Part shown: positions 63,140 through 64,000 of the stretch, piece by piece
Position numbering within the stretch: the first letter of the stretch is position 1
Layout of the letters: each line of letters opens with the position of its first letter
Assembly: GCA_963698165.1 (NCBI GenBank)
Contig: CAVOPT010000023.1
Location: 25,704-89,703, forward strand
DNA length: 64,000 nucleotides
Direction of reading: 5' to 3'
From: an uncultured delta proteobacterium
Lineage (GTDB): Bacteria > Desulfobacterota > Syntrophobacteria > Syntrophobacterales > Syntrophobacteraceae
Made by a program: the position numbers and the translations under genes
The notes under the pieces: generated by a model
Database searches by the model: none
The model's input: only the letters and a program-made list of their open reading frames with translations
Told to the model about the DNA's origin: nothing

Positions 63140-63863
63140 CATTCTGACGCTTTTTCCCGGCATGTTCGATTCCCCCATGAGGGAGAGTATTCTTGGCAAG
63201 GCGGTAGACCGGGGTCTGATTCAGGTCCGTGTACACAATATTAGGGACTATGCCACGGACAAGCACCAGATCACGGACGACCGGCCTTTTGGAGGGGGAG
63301 AGGGCATGGTCATGAAGCCCGAGCCCATTGTTGGGGCTCTGGACGCCCTCAGGGAACGCGGCCCCAATCCCCGGGTTCTGTTGCTGACTCCCCAGGGACC
63401 TCTGTTCACGCAGGAAATTGCCCGCTCCTTGAGCGGGATTCCCCGTCTGGTACTCGTCTGCGGAAGGTATGAAGGGGTTGATGAACGGGTGGCCCAGTAC
63501 TTCTGTGACGACCAGATTTCCGTCGGAGACTACGTCCTGAGCGGCGGAGAACTGGCTGCCATGATCGTCGTGGACGCCGTTGCCCGTCTCATTCCCGGAG
63601 TCCTGGGCAACGTGGATTCGCCGGGGAGGGACTCCTTCACCGAGGCGCTCCTCGAATACCCCCAGTACACCCGTCCGCAGGAATACAGGGGACACCGGGT
63701 GCCCGACGTCTTGCTGTCGGGGCACCATGACGTGATCGAAAAATGGCGGCGGGGCCAGGCCCTTTTGAGGACCAGGATGCGGCGCCCGGATCTGTTCGAC
63801 CGATTCACACCGACCCGGGAAGACCTGCGGTTGCTCCGGGAGGCCGAAGAGAAGGGAACCTGA
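63129..63863 (+). CDS. trmD: tRNA (guanine37-N1)-methyltransferase
   Basis: [46 protein letters not shown] and LLSGHH are canonical TrmD motifs. Confidence 0.93.
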   Translation: MIFDILTLFPGMFDSPMRESILGKAVDRGLIQVRVHNIRDYATDKHQITDDRPFGGGEGMVMKPEPIVGALDALRERGPNPRVLLLTPQGPLFTQEIARSLSGIPRLVLVCGRYEGVDERVAQYFCDDQISVGDYVLSGGELAAMIVVDAVARLIPGVLGNVDSPGRDSFTEALLEYPQYTRPQEYRGHRVPDVLLSGHHDVIEKWRRGQALLRTRMRRPDLFDRFTPTREDLRLLREAEEKGT

Positions 63864-63923
63864 CCGGGAGAGCCTGTGACGCGGGGATGAGTGTGAGCCC
63901 CGGCGCATAGAAAAGATCGGTGG

Positions 63924-64000
63924 ATGCGGAAAGGGTTTGCCCCGCTCTATTTGGCATTGGTACACCATCCCGTTCTGAATCGCAGAGGCGAAGTCATCGC
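63924..64000 (+). CDS. 5' end of a gene resembling the SPOUT-like RNA methyltransferase family (Methyltrn_RNA_4-like); runs off the right edge
   Basis: ATG 63924 gives MRKGFAPLYLALVHHPVLNRRGEVI..., and LALVH.PV.N..GEV is how I remember that family starting. Only 25 codons are visible. Confidence 0.35.
   Translation, partial: MRKGFAPLYLALVHHPVLNRRGEVI

Noticed and set aside
1-64000. tRNA, rRNA, tmRNA, prophage, toxin-antitoxin or defence-system genes
   Set aside because: Reading all intergenic regions and the ORF track, I found no cloverleaf-like sequences, rRNA segments, phage structural or integrase genes, or recognisable defence or TA modules. Absence by eye is not proof, and tRNAscan plus Rfam and defence-system HMM scans would settle it.

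Overview
GC-rich bacterial chromosomal segment. Gene content and the short intergenic repeat families suggest a deltaproteobacterial, Syntrophobacterales-like anaerobe, but that taxonomic guess is inference only. I count about 55 protein-coding genes, and I saw no rRNA, tRNA, CRISPR array, transposase or integrase.

Gene order, left to right:
- 1-1469: lipoprotein and coiled-coil genes of unknown function.
- 1606-5655 (-): purine nucleoside phosphorylase followed by two tandem MtaD-family deaminase paralogs.
- 5860-11897: hrpA helicase, a Nudix (CoA-pyrophosphatase-like) protein, a small hypothetical protein and an HD-domain protein.
- 12077-21357: a tandemly duplicated two-gene module, each copy being a ~1000-aa receiver-fused PEP-synthase-like (PPDK_N) protein plus an NADP-type glutamate dehydrogenase.
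- 21536-34178: a sulfoacetaldehyde/taurine-type catabolic island. It encodes Xsc-like ThDP enzyme, class-III aminotransferase, Usp, a five-gene NitT/TauT ABC importer, a GntR/FCD regulator, an Amidohydro_3 hydrolase and acetate kinase.
- 34516-43822: ilvB-ilvN-ilvC-psd-pssA-leuC-leuD(frameshifted)-leuB-asd.
- 43839-45720: rsmD, coaD and an FmdE-like protein.
- 45740-52715: a canonical cobalamin riboswitch with its own terminator, now followed by a decayed block (frameshifted short ORF, twice-frameshifted fused double ABC ATPase, truncated outer-membrane barrel). After that comes a second promoter/leader/terminator, a Nik/Cbi-type ECF metal transporter and a CooT-like gene.
- 52766-64000: mltB-like transglycosylase, a dynamin-like GTPase, H+-pyrophosphatase, a DUF945 protein and ffh-rpsP-KH-rimM-trmD.

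The most unusual items are the duplicated REC-PPDK_N/GdhA module, the anaerobic-looking taurine island that shares a gdhA with it, and the riboswitch and decaying-gene arrangement at the metal-transport locus. Several short intergenic repeat families recur across the window.

All family calls come from reading the translations by eye. Start codons are my best choice and may be off. The many long ORFs antisense to real genes are GC-driven shadow ORFs.
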